From Candidatus Hydrogenedentota bacterium (lineage in GTDB: Bacteria > Hydrogenedentota > Hydrogenedentia > Hydrogenedentales > SLHB01), in assembly GCA_963745075.1 (NCBI GenBank), contig CAVUWV010000033.1, positions 1-64,000 on the forward strand: a DNA stretch of 64,000 nt, in the 5' to 3' direction. Below, piece by piece: positions 10,599-19,906 of this stretch (position 1 is the stretch's first letter; each line of letters opens with the position of its first letter). The position numbers and the translations under genes were made by a program. Below the pieces are notes generated by a model, which searched no databases, was not told the DNA's origin, and saw only the letters and a program-made list of their open reading frames with translations.

Positions 10599-10605
10599 AT
10601 ACTGG

Positions 10606-11274
10606 ATGACCACGATGGCACGATCCACACACGCCCGGGCCGTTGACGAGATTCAGCGCGCGCTGCGCCCGTTACTGAAGGCCCGAGGCTTCAAGGTCCG
10701 TGGGAGAACGTTCAACCGTGTTACGGAAGACGGTCTTACCCAGGCCGTGAACATTCAGATGGGTGCATCAGATCCTCCGGGAATGACCTACATCCCCGGT
10801 CTGCGGGAGAACCTGCATGGGCTGTTTACCGTCAATCTCGGCGTCTACGTTCCGGAGGTCGCGAGGTATCATGGTGGCGGTGAACCCAAGTCTTGGGTTC
10901 AGGAGTACCACTGCTGCGTGCGTTCGCGTCTCGGTGAAACATCGGGGGAGGAAAGGGACATTTGGTGGCACGCGCGAGTTGAAGACGCTGTCATCGATGA
11001 TGTCCGGCACCGTCTCGAGCAAGGTGGACTCCCGTTCCTCGAGCGCTTCTCAACCCGGGACAAGATCCTGGCTGCGTGGCATGATCAATCGGAGAACCTG
11101 GGCGCAGGCAGTCCGCCGCGGATCGTGTTGGCCATCATCTTGGCCGAACGCAGCCAGAAGGACCAAGCGCGGGCGCTACTCGCACGTCAGGCGCTTGAAA
11201 CACTCGTCCCTGGACATGCGGACTATGTGCGGAGTCTGGCGGAAAAACTCGGCGTGGGAAGCCTGGACGGTTGA
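10606..11274 (+). CDS. DUF4304-like protein (cassette 2)
   Basis: LKARGFK..GRTFNR..VNIQ..FTVNLGV pattern; starts 7 nt after the attC core; stop codon lies inside the next R'' box. Confidence 0.7.
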   Translation: MTTMARSTHARAVDEIQRALRPLLKARGFKVRGRTFNRVTEDGLTQAVNIQMGASDPPGMTYIPGLRENLHGLFTVNLGVYVPEVARYHGGGEPKSWVQEYHCCVRSRLGETSGEERDIWWHARVEDAVIDDVRHRLEQGGLPFLERFSTRDKILAAWHDQSENLGAGSPPRIVLAIILAERSQKDQARALLARQALETLVPGHADYVRSLAEKLGVGSLDG

Positions 11275-11380
11275 CTACCGCTCGCAGCAGTCCACGCAGG
11301 CGGTTTCCATCGGAAATGTGGTTATAGAGTCGTATCGCTGAGACGAAGCACCCGCCGAAGCTTCACCTGCGCCGTCGGGA
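11269..11380 (+). mobile_element. Degenerate attC site 2
   Basis: GGTTGAC is 6/7 complementary to the upstream core GTTAACC; ends GTCGGGA, 6/7 complementary to the downstream TCCCAAC; inner arms poorly paired. Confidence 0.5.
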
Positions 11381-11389
11381 GCACGAAAG

Positions 11390-12121
11390 ATGACGAGTGA
11401 CGAAACGAGACTGGTGTGGTTTATCGAGCACCCGTCTGCCCGCGTTTGGTCGGTCAATCCATACCAACGCTGTGGTATTCGGTGTGTCTACTGCATCGCA
11501 GGTTCCCAAGGGAGGGCGGAGCCTTGGTTTGGCCCGGACCGCGTGACGGACGAGTTGCGGAAGCGGATTGCTCAAGTTCCGGTTGATGTTGAAGTCGGTG
11601 TGGGAGCTCTTGTCGATGCATATCCACAAGAGGAAGAGATGTTGGGTCTGACTCGTCTAGTGCTGACGGAACTGTCTCTCCAAGGCCGTCCCTTCTATAT
11701 CAATACAAAGAGTAATCTTGTTGAACGCGACATAGACATCCTTGCTCGGCATCCCGGACATTGTAACGTCTTCATCAGTCTGTGTTCTCTCGATCAGAAC
11801 ATCATCTCTGAATTGGAGATCAATGCGCCTTCGGTAGTCGATCGCCTTCGCGCCGTGGAACACCTGCACGAAGCAGGAGTTGATGTCAACATCGACGCCG
11901 CGCCATGGATTCCAGGAGTGAGCGATATCGGCGCTCTACTCGGTGCGTTGCCGGACGAAGTCAACGTCCAGGTCGCACCGCTCGATATTCGTCACATTGG
12001 GTCTGAAGTAACCTTTGCCGGCGTGAGTATCACGCAGCCGCAGATCAACGTTGCCTACCAGTGGCACAGACAAGAATTCGGGGACAATGACCGTGTCAGG
12101 TGGAAAGATCCGAGACCATAG
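11390..12121 (+). CDS. Radical SAM protein, spore photoproduct lyase/Rv2578c-like (cassette 3)
   Basis: NPYQRCGIRCVYC (CxxxCxxC), DAYP, TKS..V.RDID, ELE..APS...RL. Confidence 0.8.
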   Translation: MTSDETRLVWFIEHPSARVWSVNPYQRCGIRCVYCIAGSQGRAEPWFGPDRVTDELRKRIAQVPVDVEVGVGALVDAYPQEEEMLGLTRLVLTELSLQGRPFYINTKSNLVERDIDILARHPGHCNVFISLCSLDQNIISELEINAPSVVDRLRAVEHLHEAGVDVNIDAAPWIPGVSDIGALLGALPDEVNVQVAPLDIRHIGSEVTFAGVSITQPQINVAYQWHRQEFGDNDRVRWKDPRP

Positions 12122-12125
12122 GAAC

Positions 12126-12169
12126 TCCCAACAAGGCGGATGCATACGACGGCTTACAGCCGCGCGTAT
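12126..12169 (+). mobile_element. Truncated attC site 3 (left arm and loop only)
   Basis: TCCCAAC AAGGCG GATGCATACGACGGC ttaca GCCGCGCGTAT immediately after the stop codon; no R' box. Confidence 0.55.
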
Positions 12170-12235
12170 TTTCGAGGGGGGGAACCCCCGCCGGGGTGTT
12201 CTTAAAACTCATCGCCGGTGTTTCACTTACACCGT

Positions 12236-13402
12236 TTATGTGCGCGACTTCTCCGGCGGCAGGGAGACAATCTGCCAGCCTTCCATGCCGAAGCGGAGGT
12301 CTCGTTCGACGAATTCCCAGATCACGAGTTTCTTGCCTTGCAACAGTTCCGGTTTGCGTTGCAGTTCCTGACGCACCAGCGTCGATGCGCCGCCGTCGTT
12401 CACAATCGAGGCCAGCGGCCGGTTCAATTCCCGCGCGAGATGGGCGATAAATCCCGCAGACCCCGGTTCGTCGTGCTCGTAGATGCGCAGGAAACTGTCG
12501 CCGAGGACAAGCACGGGCGAGTCCGGATCGTCCGTGTAGGGTTCGCCGGTGGCGGGATCGATGATCTGCGTGCATTCCACGGACTGGGGTTCAAACGCCG
12601 CCGTGATGTGGGGGGAATCCATCATCCGCAACACATCGCCCTGGCGTTGGACGGTTACCGGGCGTTCTTCGAACGCCGTGGTCCCGCGCTCGATCCAGCC
12701 TTCGCTGAGAACTCGGTTCGCCACCGCCGTCGCGGCACGCCGCAACCCCTCCGGCGACCAGTGCGTATCCTGCGCCAGGTAGAGTGGGGGAGCGTTTGCG
12801 TCTTTGCGCGCCGCATCAAACAAATCGAACAGGTCGATATATGCCACGCCCGCTTCGTCCAGGCGGTCCATGAACGTCCGCGCGTGTCCATGCACGTCCG
12901 CGCCGGTCCGTGCCACTCGTGCACTCAGCCGGTCGGGATACGCGCTCGCTTTGCCCGGCGCCGGTACCATGAGCAGGGCGATCCCGCGTTCCGCCAACGC
13001 ATCGCGAAAGGCCACGATTGCCGGTAGCGGATCGCTGGCATCCGACGCCTTCGCGCTTTCGACGGGCCACGGATCGATCAAGAAGTCTACGCCCGGCCGG
13101 TAGTACAGCCAGCCGTCGCGACCTTCGAGTCCTTTTTCTCCCAGGTCCCCGTATGCGGTGAATCGCAGCGATTGCATGGCAGGCCGGAGCACCTTCGCCG
13201 ACCACGCCTGTTTTTCGAGCCGGTCTTCGAAGGCCCGCAGATTCCGCTGTGACGGGGTCCGCGTGAACAGTTCCAGAATCTGCGGCCGCTCGCCCTGGCG
13301 CAATTGCACGACCGCCTGGACGATCCCCTCGCCGAAGATGATGACGAGAAAGGCGAGAATCAAGATCAGCGATATGCCGAGTCTGGTGTTCTTAAGTCTC
13401 AT
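12236..13402 (-). CDS. AlgJ/AlgX-like SGNH O-acetyltransferase (alternative start 13429)
   Basis: N-terminal TM, GRDGWLYY, P.KAS.YPD, DTHWSPEG, LGDSF, WEFVERD. Confidence 0.85.
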   Translation of the reverse strand: MRLKNTRLGISLILILAFLVIIFGEGIVQAVVQLRQGERPQILELFTRTPSQRNLRAFEDRLEKQAWSAKVLRPAMQSLRFTAYGDLGEKGLEGRDGWLYYRPGVDFLIDPWPVESAKASDASDPLPAIVAFRDALAERGIALLMVPAPGKASAYPDRLSARVARTGADVHGHARTFMDRLDEAGVAYIDLFDLFDAARKDANAPPLYLAQDTHWSPEGLRRAATAVANRVLSEGWIERGTTAFEERPVTVQRQGDVLRMMDSPHITAAFEPQSVECTQIIDPATGEPYTDDPDSPVLVLGDSFLRIYEHDEPGSAGFIAHLARELNRPLASIVNDGGASTLVRQELQRKPELLQGKKLVIWEFVERDLRFGMEGWQIVSLPPEKSRT

Positions 13403-13444
13403 GGTTTTGTGATGGTCCGTCCAAGGCATTCGAGTACATGCTCA

Positions 13445-13720
13445 CTATTTTCGCCTATTCCTTCTTCTTGGTTTCAAAACCTTGTACCAGACTGCGAGTG
13501 AAACTGATACACAAATGACGAGTGTTAGGCTAATCAGTTTGAAGAGTGCCAAGGGCCAATTAGTAGTCTGGCCCGCCCAGTTTTGCCATGTCGTCGGATC
13601 CCCGGTCACAACCCGCGTTATCATGTAGCGATAGCATAAAGCAACCAAGCCGACTATGAATACAACCGATAAACCCCTCCATGTGACCTTGGCCGCCGTG
13701 CTTTTTTGTTTTTTCGGCAT
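13445..13720 (-). CDS. Small hypothetical membrane protein (2 TM, basic termini)
   Basis: 91 aa ORF filling the algI-algJ gap on the same strand; visibly AT-richer. Confidence 0.55.
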   Translation of the reverse strand: MPKKQKSTAAKVTWRGLSVVFIVGLVALCYRYMITRVVTGDPTTWQNWAGQTTNWPLALFKLISLTLVICVSVSLAVWYKVLKPRRRNRRK

Positions 13721-13766
13721 CGTCTTACTCGATTGAATAGCCTGGCAGAAGGATACTCTGCGCTCC

Positions 13767-15167
13767 CTAAAACTGAAAATACAAAAACGGATTAAACGCC
13801 TGTACGAACATTGTCATCAGGGCCAACACAAACAATCCAATCAACAAAACTACGCGCGGCAGCGTCAGCTTCTCCACCCAGTCGTGGGCTTGGACGCCGT
13901 ACCACGCGAAGGCGGCGCAGAGGGCCATGGTGGCCAGGTTGCCGCGCGTGTAGAGTTCGGCGTCGAGGAGCATGGACCCGCCGGTGGGATGGGTCAAGCC
14001 GAACAGGGCCGTGAAGTAGGCGCCCGCGGCGTGGATGTCTAAGGCGCGGAACAAGACCCACGAAAACAGCACGAGCACAAAGGTCATCCCGACCCGGATG
14101 GGGCGCGGCAATTTCGCGTAAAGGCTTTCCTTCCCCCGCCAGCGCTCGAAGGCGAGCAGTACCCCGTGGAAGGCGCCCCAGATGATGAAGGTCCAGTTCG
14201 CGCCGTGCCAGAGGCCGCCGAGAAGCATGACGATGGTGAGGTTGACGTAGGTGCGGCGTTCGCCGTGGCGGTTGCCGCCGAGGGGAATGTAAAGGTAATC
14301 GCGCAGGAACGTCGACAGCGAGATGTGCCAACGTCGCCAGAAGTCGGTAATGCTGTCCGACAGGTAGGGCGCATTGAAGTTGCGGGGAAACTCGAAACCG
14401 AACATGCGTCCCAGTCCGATGGCCATGTCGGAGTACGCGGAGAAATCGAAGTAGATCTGAAACGCATAGGCGACGACGCCGAACCACGCGTCGATCATGA
14501 CGGGCGATTCGGCGGCGAACACCGCGTCCGCCGCGCCGCCCATCTGATTGGCCAGGAGAATCTTTTTCGCGAATCCGAGAATGAACAACGCCACGCCCGA
14601 TGAGAAGCGATCCATGGTGTGGTCCCGCTTGACCAACTGATCGGCGATGGTGCTGTAGCGAACGATGGGTCCCGCGATGAGTTGCGGGAAGAGGGCGACA
14701 AAACAGGCGAAGTCGAAGAAGTTACGCACGGGCGGTGAGTCGCCCCGATAGACGTCAATGGGATAGCTCAGGCTTTGAAAGATGAAGAAGGAAATGCCCA
14801 CCGGCAACGTGATCTGGATCACCGGCAAGGCGCTCGCGCCGAACACGCTCAGCATGGCGTTCAAATTGTTCTCGAAGAACATGAAGTACTTGAAGAAACC
14901 GAGCGTGGACAGGCTTACGACGATGCTGACAACCAATGCCGTCTTACGGCGGGGAGCGCCTTCCGGATTTCCGGCGATGACGTGGCCGCAGGCGAAGTTG
15001 ACCGCCGTGGCAAAGAGCATGAGCAGCACGAACCACGGGTTCCACCACCCGTAAAAGATGTAGCTCATGACGAGCAGGAAGACGTTGCGCCGGGCGGGCA
15101 ACAGGTAATAAATCAACAACGTGAGCGGCAGGAAGTAGAAGATGAAGATATGGGACGTGAATACCAT
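13767..15167 (-). CDS. MBOAT family O-acetyltransferase (AlgI/PatA-like)
   Basis: LPVGISFFIFQ, FPQLIAGPIVR, FSAYSDMAIG, FWRRWHISLS, GLWHGA, C-terminal FLYFQF. Confidence 0.93.
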   Translation of the reverse strand: MVFTSHIFIFYFLPLTLLIYYLLPARRNVFLLVMSYIFYGWWNPWFVLLMLFATAVNFACGHVIAGNPEGAPRRKTALVVSIVVSLSTLGFFKYFMFFENNLNAMLSVFGASALPVIQITLPVGISFFIFQSLSYPIDVYRGDSPPVRNFFDFACFVALFPQLIAGPIVRYSTIADQLVKRDHTMDRFSSGVALFILGFAKKILLANQMGGAADAVFAAESPVMIDAWFGVVAYAFQIYFDFSAYSDMAIGLGRMFGFEFPRNFNAPYLSDSITDFWRRWHISLSTFLRDYLYIPLGGNRHGERRTYVNLTIVMLLGGLWHGANWTFIIWGAFHGVLLAFERWRGKESLYAKLPRPIRVGMTFVLVLFSWVLFRALDIHAAGAYFTALFGLTHPTGGSMLLDAELYTRGNLATMALCAAFAWYGVQAHDWVEKLTLPRVVLLIGLFVLALMTMFVQAFNPFLYFQF

Positions 15168-15173
15168 GGATGA

Positions 15174-15627
15174 CTATTGCACGACTCGATTCGTCCACAC
15201 CGCCCAGTAGATGGGTTCCTGCATCTGTTCGGCGTACTTATTGATGATGCCCGCCATGCAGTAGTCGTCGATGGGTACTTCCAGCGCGAGCCGTTGTACG
15301 TCACCCACGCGGAACTCCGTCACGTCACCGCCGATTTCTCCGGAACGCGCGTCGGCGGCTTCCGCGCGCGGTTTCAGCGGATTGTATTGGCCGACGTAGA
15401 TGATCTTCGGCGCTTCGCCGCGATGGGTTTCGAGCACTTCGTACTTCATCACGTAGGCGTAGTCGTAGAGATCGTTGGGAGGAAATTCGCCCGGGATGTC
15501 CACGAGTTTCGCGGTCACCTCCACGCTGCCGAGGGTCGTGACGTTCGGGTCCGCGCCATCTGTTTTTGTCGCGCCGCCGCAGCCGAGGCATGCGAGAAGC
15601 ACTACGACGATCGTTACCAGACGCATG
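15174..15627 (-). CDS. Hypothetical lipoprotein
   Basis: GGAGAG RBS, MRLVTIVVVLLACLGC lipobox; the frame is also open upstream through the repeat element to ATG 15856. Confidence 0.75.
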
Positions 15628-15643
15628 TACTCTCCAAACACCA

Positions 15644-15810
15644 AAGAACATCCCCCTTGATCCCCCTTCAAAGGGGGAATTTCTCGCAACGCTTTGCGTT
15701 GCGGCAAGGCATGCGAGAATCTAACTTCGAAGTACATCGCGGCGCAAGTACCGATAAACGTTGCGGCGCGCATTTTCCCCCTTTGAAGGGGGATCAAGGG
15801 GGATGTTCTT
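15644..15810. mobile_element. Palindromic MITE/REPIN-like element, copy 1 (167 bp)
   Basis: Inverted arms AAGAACATCCCCCTTGATCCCCCTTCAAAGGGGGAA; internal hairpin CGCAACGCTTTGCGTTGCG. Confidence 0.85.
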
Positions 15811-15862
15811 TCGTGTGCAATCTGACCAACCGCGTGCATTCCCCCATGAATCGTCATTCTTG

Positions 15863-17143
15863 TTATTCCTTCGTTCCCACGTCCGCGTAGGTCCAGTGCG
15901 GTTCCCATCCCTCGCCGATCTTTAACACCGGCCCGTCCTTCGTGTTCAGGTGCATCGATCGTAGCTCCGGACTTTTCCCGCCGATGGTCGGCGCATCCGA
16001 GAGACGCATGACGAACATGGGACCGCCTTCTTTCTCCGAGCCGCCGCCGTCGGCAACGGTCTTGGTGAAGAGCACGTATTGCCCGTCGGGCGAAACCGCA
16101 CCGCCGTAGATGTGAACGCCTTCTTCGCCGTAAATGAGGCTCGCATTCGAGCCGTCTCCGTTTGCCATCCAGAGTTGGGTCCACCCGTAGCCGTCGTTGG
16201 ATTTCTGGTTGCCGGGACGCGACGAGAAGATGACTCGTTCGGAATCGGGGAACCAGTCCGGCGTGCAGTTCTGGTAGATGTGGGCGGGGTTCACCGTGCC
16301 GTCTTCCGCGTTCATGCGGACCACGTTCCACGCGGCGCCCTGAACGTTGCCGGTGCCGCAGAACCACTTCCCGTCCGCAGACGCGAAGAGCTGCTGGTAG
16401 ATCCCGTTACGCGGCAATTCGCGGACGACTTCCCGCGTGCCAAGGTCGACGACCTTGATACCACTGCGTTCCAGACACACGATCTGCTTGCCGTCTCCGG
16501 ACCAACAGGCCCACGGATACTCGCCGTCCGCGCCGTAGACCACAGCACTCGTGCCGTCTGGTTTGGCTATGATGAGTTGGCCTTGGAACCCCCACCTGTC
16601 GTGATTGATCTCGGTTCCCTTTACGAGCCGGCGGTAAAGAATTCGCGTGCTATTGGGAGCAAATCGCGCTGCGGCTTCTTCGTATTCGGGCGTGTTCGTG
16701 ATGTTACGCGCGGCCGATCCGTCGGGCCGCGACAAGAACAAATCCCAACTCCCGTTGTCGGCGCGTGCGCTGTAAACGATCCAGCCTTTGCCGGCGACTT
16801 CGTCGCGCAATGCAACGACATCTTCATCACCGGGTTGGGCCACAGAGACAAGGCTAATGACAAGGAAGAGTGTCAATACGCAGACCATAGGACGAGCGGC
16901 GCTACGGAATCTAGGAGCGGATGAAGAACATGCTCCTTGATCCCCCTTCAAAGGGGAAGTTTTATGCGACGCTTTGCGTTGCGTTTCAGATGGCCGGTGG
17001 CAACGATGTTGCTGCTTCACAGTTGAGCAAAACCGGGATGGGCGGTCACGGAATTCCCCCTTTGAAGGGGGATCAAGGGGGATGTTCTTTCTTGAGCCCC
17101 AGATTTTATCATTTGCGCGATCACGTCGGTTAGCGGTCGTCAT
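15863..17143 (-). CDS. TolB/PD40-like beta-propeller protein; N-terminus reads through repeat copy 2 (alternative start 16888)
   Basis: Repeated WSGDGK, ASADGK, WFPDSE, VSPDGQ blades; AGAGGAG RBS 6-7 nt before ATG 17143. Confidence 0.75.
   Translation of the reverse strand: MTTANRRDRANDKIWGSRKNIPLDPPSKGEFRDRPSRFCSTVKQQHRCHRPSETQRKASHKTSPLKGDQGACSSSAPRFRSAARPMVCVLTLFLVISLVSVAQPGDEDVVALRDEVAGKGWIVYSARADNGSWDLFLSRPDGSAARNITNTPEYEEAAARFAPNSTRILYRRLVKGTEINHDRWGFQGQLIIAKPDGTSAVVYGADGEYPWACWSGDGKQIVCLERSGIKVVDLGTREVVRELPRNGIYQQLFASADGKWFCGTGNVQGAAWNVVRMNAEDGTVNPAHIYQNCTPDWFPDSERVIFSSRPGNQKSNDGYGWTQLWMANGDGSNASLIYGEEGVHIYGGAVSPDGQYVLFTKTVADGGGSEKEGGPMFVMRLSDAPTIGGKSPELRSMHLNTKDGPVLKIGEGWEPHWTYADVGTKE
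16924..17089. mobile_element. Palindromic element, copy 2 (166 bp)
   Basis: Same inverted arms; internal GCGACGCTTTGCGTTGCG. Confidence 0.85.
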
Positions 17144-17154
17144 CTGGTACTCCT

Positions 17155-18435
17155 CTATGCCGGCCGTTCGTATTGCGGGACTTTCATCGTCTCGCCGTCT
17201 TTGAGGGCCGACTGGTGTGCGATGATCCCCGGCACGGTGTAGGACAGCGCTTCATAGACGTCAACCGTCGGGCGGCGCTCTTCCACGAGCGCAGTGACAA
17301 ACTCGTTCGTCAGAAATGCGTGCGATCCTTGGTGTCCAGTACTGTGACGGAGCGGCTCGGGAAGCAGGTCGGTCTTCCAGTATTCGGGAACCTTGTAGTT
17401 CTCGAATTCCGGCGCTTCCCGCTCGAAACCCGCGTCGTCTTTCTCGACGCGCTTCGACGAACGGACAATGACGGGGCCGATCCCGAGTGGGTTCTCCATG
17501 TACAAACTCGTCTCGCTGCCGATCCACTGGGCCCGTTCGCAGCCCCGGAACGCGCCCTTCCACCAGACGTTCATGCGGAAGGCGTGGCCCCGGTCCGTGC
17601 TGAACATGGCGGACCCGTTCCAGAAGGGGTTGTTGTAGGCGTTGTCCTTCAGAATGGGATCGTCGTCGCCCCACCCATGGCATTTCACCTCGACCAGCCG
17701 TTCACCCGTTACGCTAATCAACTGGCTGCTGCTGTGTGTGGGATAGTGCATGGGCGCCATACCGTACCGCCACGTACGTTTGCCGTTCTCGAAGTACAGG
17801 ACTTCCAGTCCCGGATGTTGGTATTCCGCCTCGCAATAGAACAGGTCGCCGAACTTGCCATCCTGATAGAATTTGCGCGCCGAGATCGTCGACTGCTGGT
17901 AGTACCCGGTCTCCGCCATCATGTACGTAAGCCCCGTGGTCTTGACGATATCGAGCAGTTGCTCCGCTTCCTCCACGGTGGCCCAGCAGGCCGGCACCGC
18001 CGAAATCGCGTGCTTGCCGTGCTTCATCGCGTCGACTACGTGGCGAACGTGGAGGTTGCCGTCCGTGAAGATGGCGACCGCGTCGATGTCCGGTGCGAGC
18101 ACCAGTTCTTCGAGCGAGTTGTAGGTCCGGTCGCACTTGTAGGTGTCCACCAACCGTTTCCGGCGATCTTCACGCAGATCGCTTATCGCGACCACTTCGC
18201 AGTTGGGATGTTCGTGCCATTGGAAGGCGCAGCCGAATCCTCCCCCCACCACGCCGATACGGATTTTCTTCGGCGACGCTTCCGCGCCGACGGCGACGCG
18301 CGATCCGAGGGCCGCTGCGGAAAGGCCGACCCCGCTGCGCTTCAAAAAGTCGCGACGGGAATGACCGGCGGTTGCGGCATCCCTGGTTTTAGCCTCCGTG
18401 TTGGTGCTCGAGCGGGGGTTCGTGGGCTCCGACAT
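17155..18435 (-). CDS. Tat-exported Gfo/Idh/MocA oxidoreductase
   Basis: SRRDFLK Tat signal, IGVVGGGFG, HAISAVP, YMMAET, PMHYPTH. Confidence 0.88.
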   Translation of the reverse strand: MSEPTNPRSSTNTEAKTRDAATAGHSRRDFLKRSGVGLSAAALGSRVAVGAEASPKKIRIGVVGGGFGCAFQWHEHPNCEVVAISDLREDRRKRLVDTYKCDRTYNSLEELVLAPDIDAVAIFTDGNLHVRHVVDAMKHGKHAISAVPACWATVEEAEQLLDIVKTTGLTYMMAETGYYQQSTISARKFYQDGKFGDLFYCEAEYQHPGLEVLYFENGKRTWRYGMAPMHYPTHSSSQLISVTGERLVEVKCHGWGDDDPILKDNAYNNPFWNGSAMFSTDRGHAFRMNVWWKGAFRGCERAQWIGSETSLYMENPLGIGPVIVRSSKRVEKDDAGFEREAPEFENYKVPEYWKTDLLPEPLRHSTGHQGSHAFLTNEFVTALVEERRPTVDVYEALSYTVPGIIAHQSALKDGETMKVPQYERPA

Positions 18436-18632
18436 GACGTGCTCCCTCTGGGTTCATGGAATTATCACACTTCGCATGAGCGTATGCTTTGCGGACACGT
18501 CTGTCAAACCGCCGTCAGCTCTTGAACCGGTGTTCGACTCGCTCTATGGTATCGGAACGTTCGTTCGGGCGTATCCCAAGATAGACCGAATGCTACGCTC
18601 AATTCTTTTGGGGATTATTCACGAGGATTTCT

Positions 18633-19568
18633 ATGACGGGCCGACATCACGATCCGGCCGCGCTGCCGGCCGCATTGGCCGCGGTCGTATGCTATGGCGC
18701 GACGCCGGTATTTCTGCGCATGTTCATCCACGATCTCGATTCGTGGACCGTGAACGGAGTGCGCTACACGGTCGGCGCGCTGATTTGGCTGCCGTTTGTC
18801 GTTGCGTTGCTGCGGGACAAGCAATCGGACAGTCACATTCGGCCGCGCAGCGGCGTGTGGCGGGCGGCCTTGATACCAACGGCCATCAATCTGGTGGGGC
18901 AGACCGGTTGGGCCGTCACGCCGTATTACCTCGAAGCCAGCGTGATCGGCTTTGCCTACAAGCTGCACTTTCTGTTCACGATCATTTTCGGATTCATCCT
19001 GATTCGCGAGGAACGGCCGGTCGTACGCAATCCGTGGTTCATTGCCGGTTCGGTGGTGTGCGTCGGCGGAGTGGCGGCGATGTTTCTCCGGGATATTCGT
19101 TTGGACAGCGCGCAGCCGATGATCGGGATGACCATCCTGCTGGGCACGACCGTGCTTTTCGGCGCCTATGCGGTCGCGGTTCGGCGGTGTATGGCGGGAT
19201 TCCCGGCGCGACTCAGTTTCGGTGTCATCAGCCTGTACACGGCAAGCGGCCTGATCGTGTTGATGTTCACGTTTGGCAACTACGGCGACTTGGCGAATGT
19301 GCCATCGTCGAAGCTTGCGCTGGTCTCGCTCTCCGCCGTTACCGGTATCGCGTTTGCCCACGTGCTTTATTACCGCGCCATCCAGGGTATGGGCGCTATC
19401 GTGTCCACGGGGCTGCAAATGGCCACCCCGTTTGTTACGCTGCTCGGCGCCATGCTGATTCTGTCCGAGCGCATGACCTTTACGCAGGGCACGGGCGGTC
19501 TCATGGTTGTCGCGGGCGGCGTCATGCTCGTGGTGGCGCAAAGCCGCGTTCGCTCGGGCGGCCCCTAA
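18633..19568 (+). CDS. DMT/EamA family transporter
   Basis: About 10 hydrophobic segments in two repeats; GAGGA RBS. Confidence 0.8.
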   Translation: MTGRHHDPAALPAALAAVVCYGATPVFLRMFIHDLDSWTVNGVRYTVGALIWLPFVVALLRDKQSDSHIRPRSGVWRAALIPTAINLVGQTGWAVTPYYLEASVIGFAYKLHFLFTIIFGFILIREERPVVRNPWFIAGSVVCVGGVAAMFLRDIRLDSAQPMIGMTILLGTTVLFGAYAVAVRRCMAGFPARLSFGVISLYTASGLIVLMFTFGNYGDLANVPSSKLALVSLSAVTGIAFAHVLYYRAIQGMGAIVSTGLQMATPFVTLLGAMLILSERMTFTQGTGGLMVVAGGVMLVVAQSRVRSGGP

Positions 19569-19627
19569 TTCGGAAGTCGACGAAATGGTTCGAAACTTGG
19601 TTTGCGTTGAGGCTTCGATCGGCCGGT

Positions 19628-19795
19628 AAGAACATCCCCCTTGATCCCCCTTCAAAGGGGGAGCTTCGCGCAACACTTCGCGTTGCGACGTGGCTCTGGG
19701 AATGGCCTTGGTTCAGGGTCAGTCATGACGCTATTGGCGATAGATTCACCTGGGCACGCTTCCCCCTTTGAAAGGGGATCAAGGGGGGTGTTCTT
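19628..19795. mobile_element. Palindromic element, copy 3 (168 bp)
   Basis: Same arms; internal CGCAACACTTCGCGTTGCG; between convergent genes. Confidence 0.85.
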
Positions 19796-19906
19796 CGGGC
19801 GCCAACAAGCCCGTGCGCGATACTGCTCGCGTCACACGCGAGAACTGCCTTGCAGCGTGTATTCTCACAGCGGGGCGGTTTGCGTCCACACTCTCGAACT
19901 ATCCCT

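Noticed and set aside
12170..12204. Another arm of the palindromic family truncating attC 3
   Set aside because: Only the GGGGTGTTCTT end and a G run match; too divergent to call
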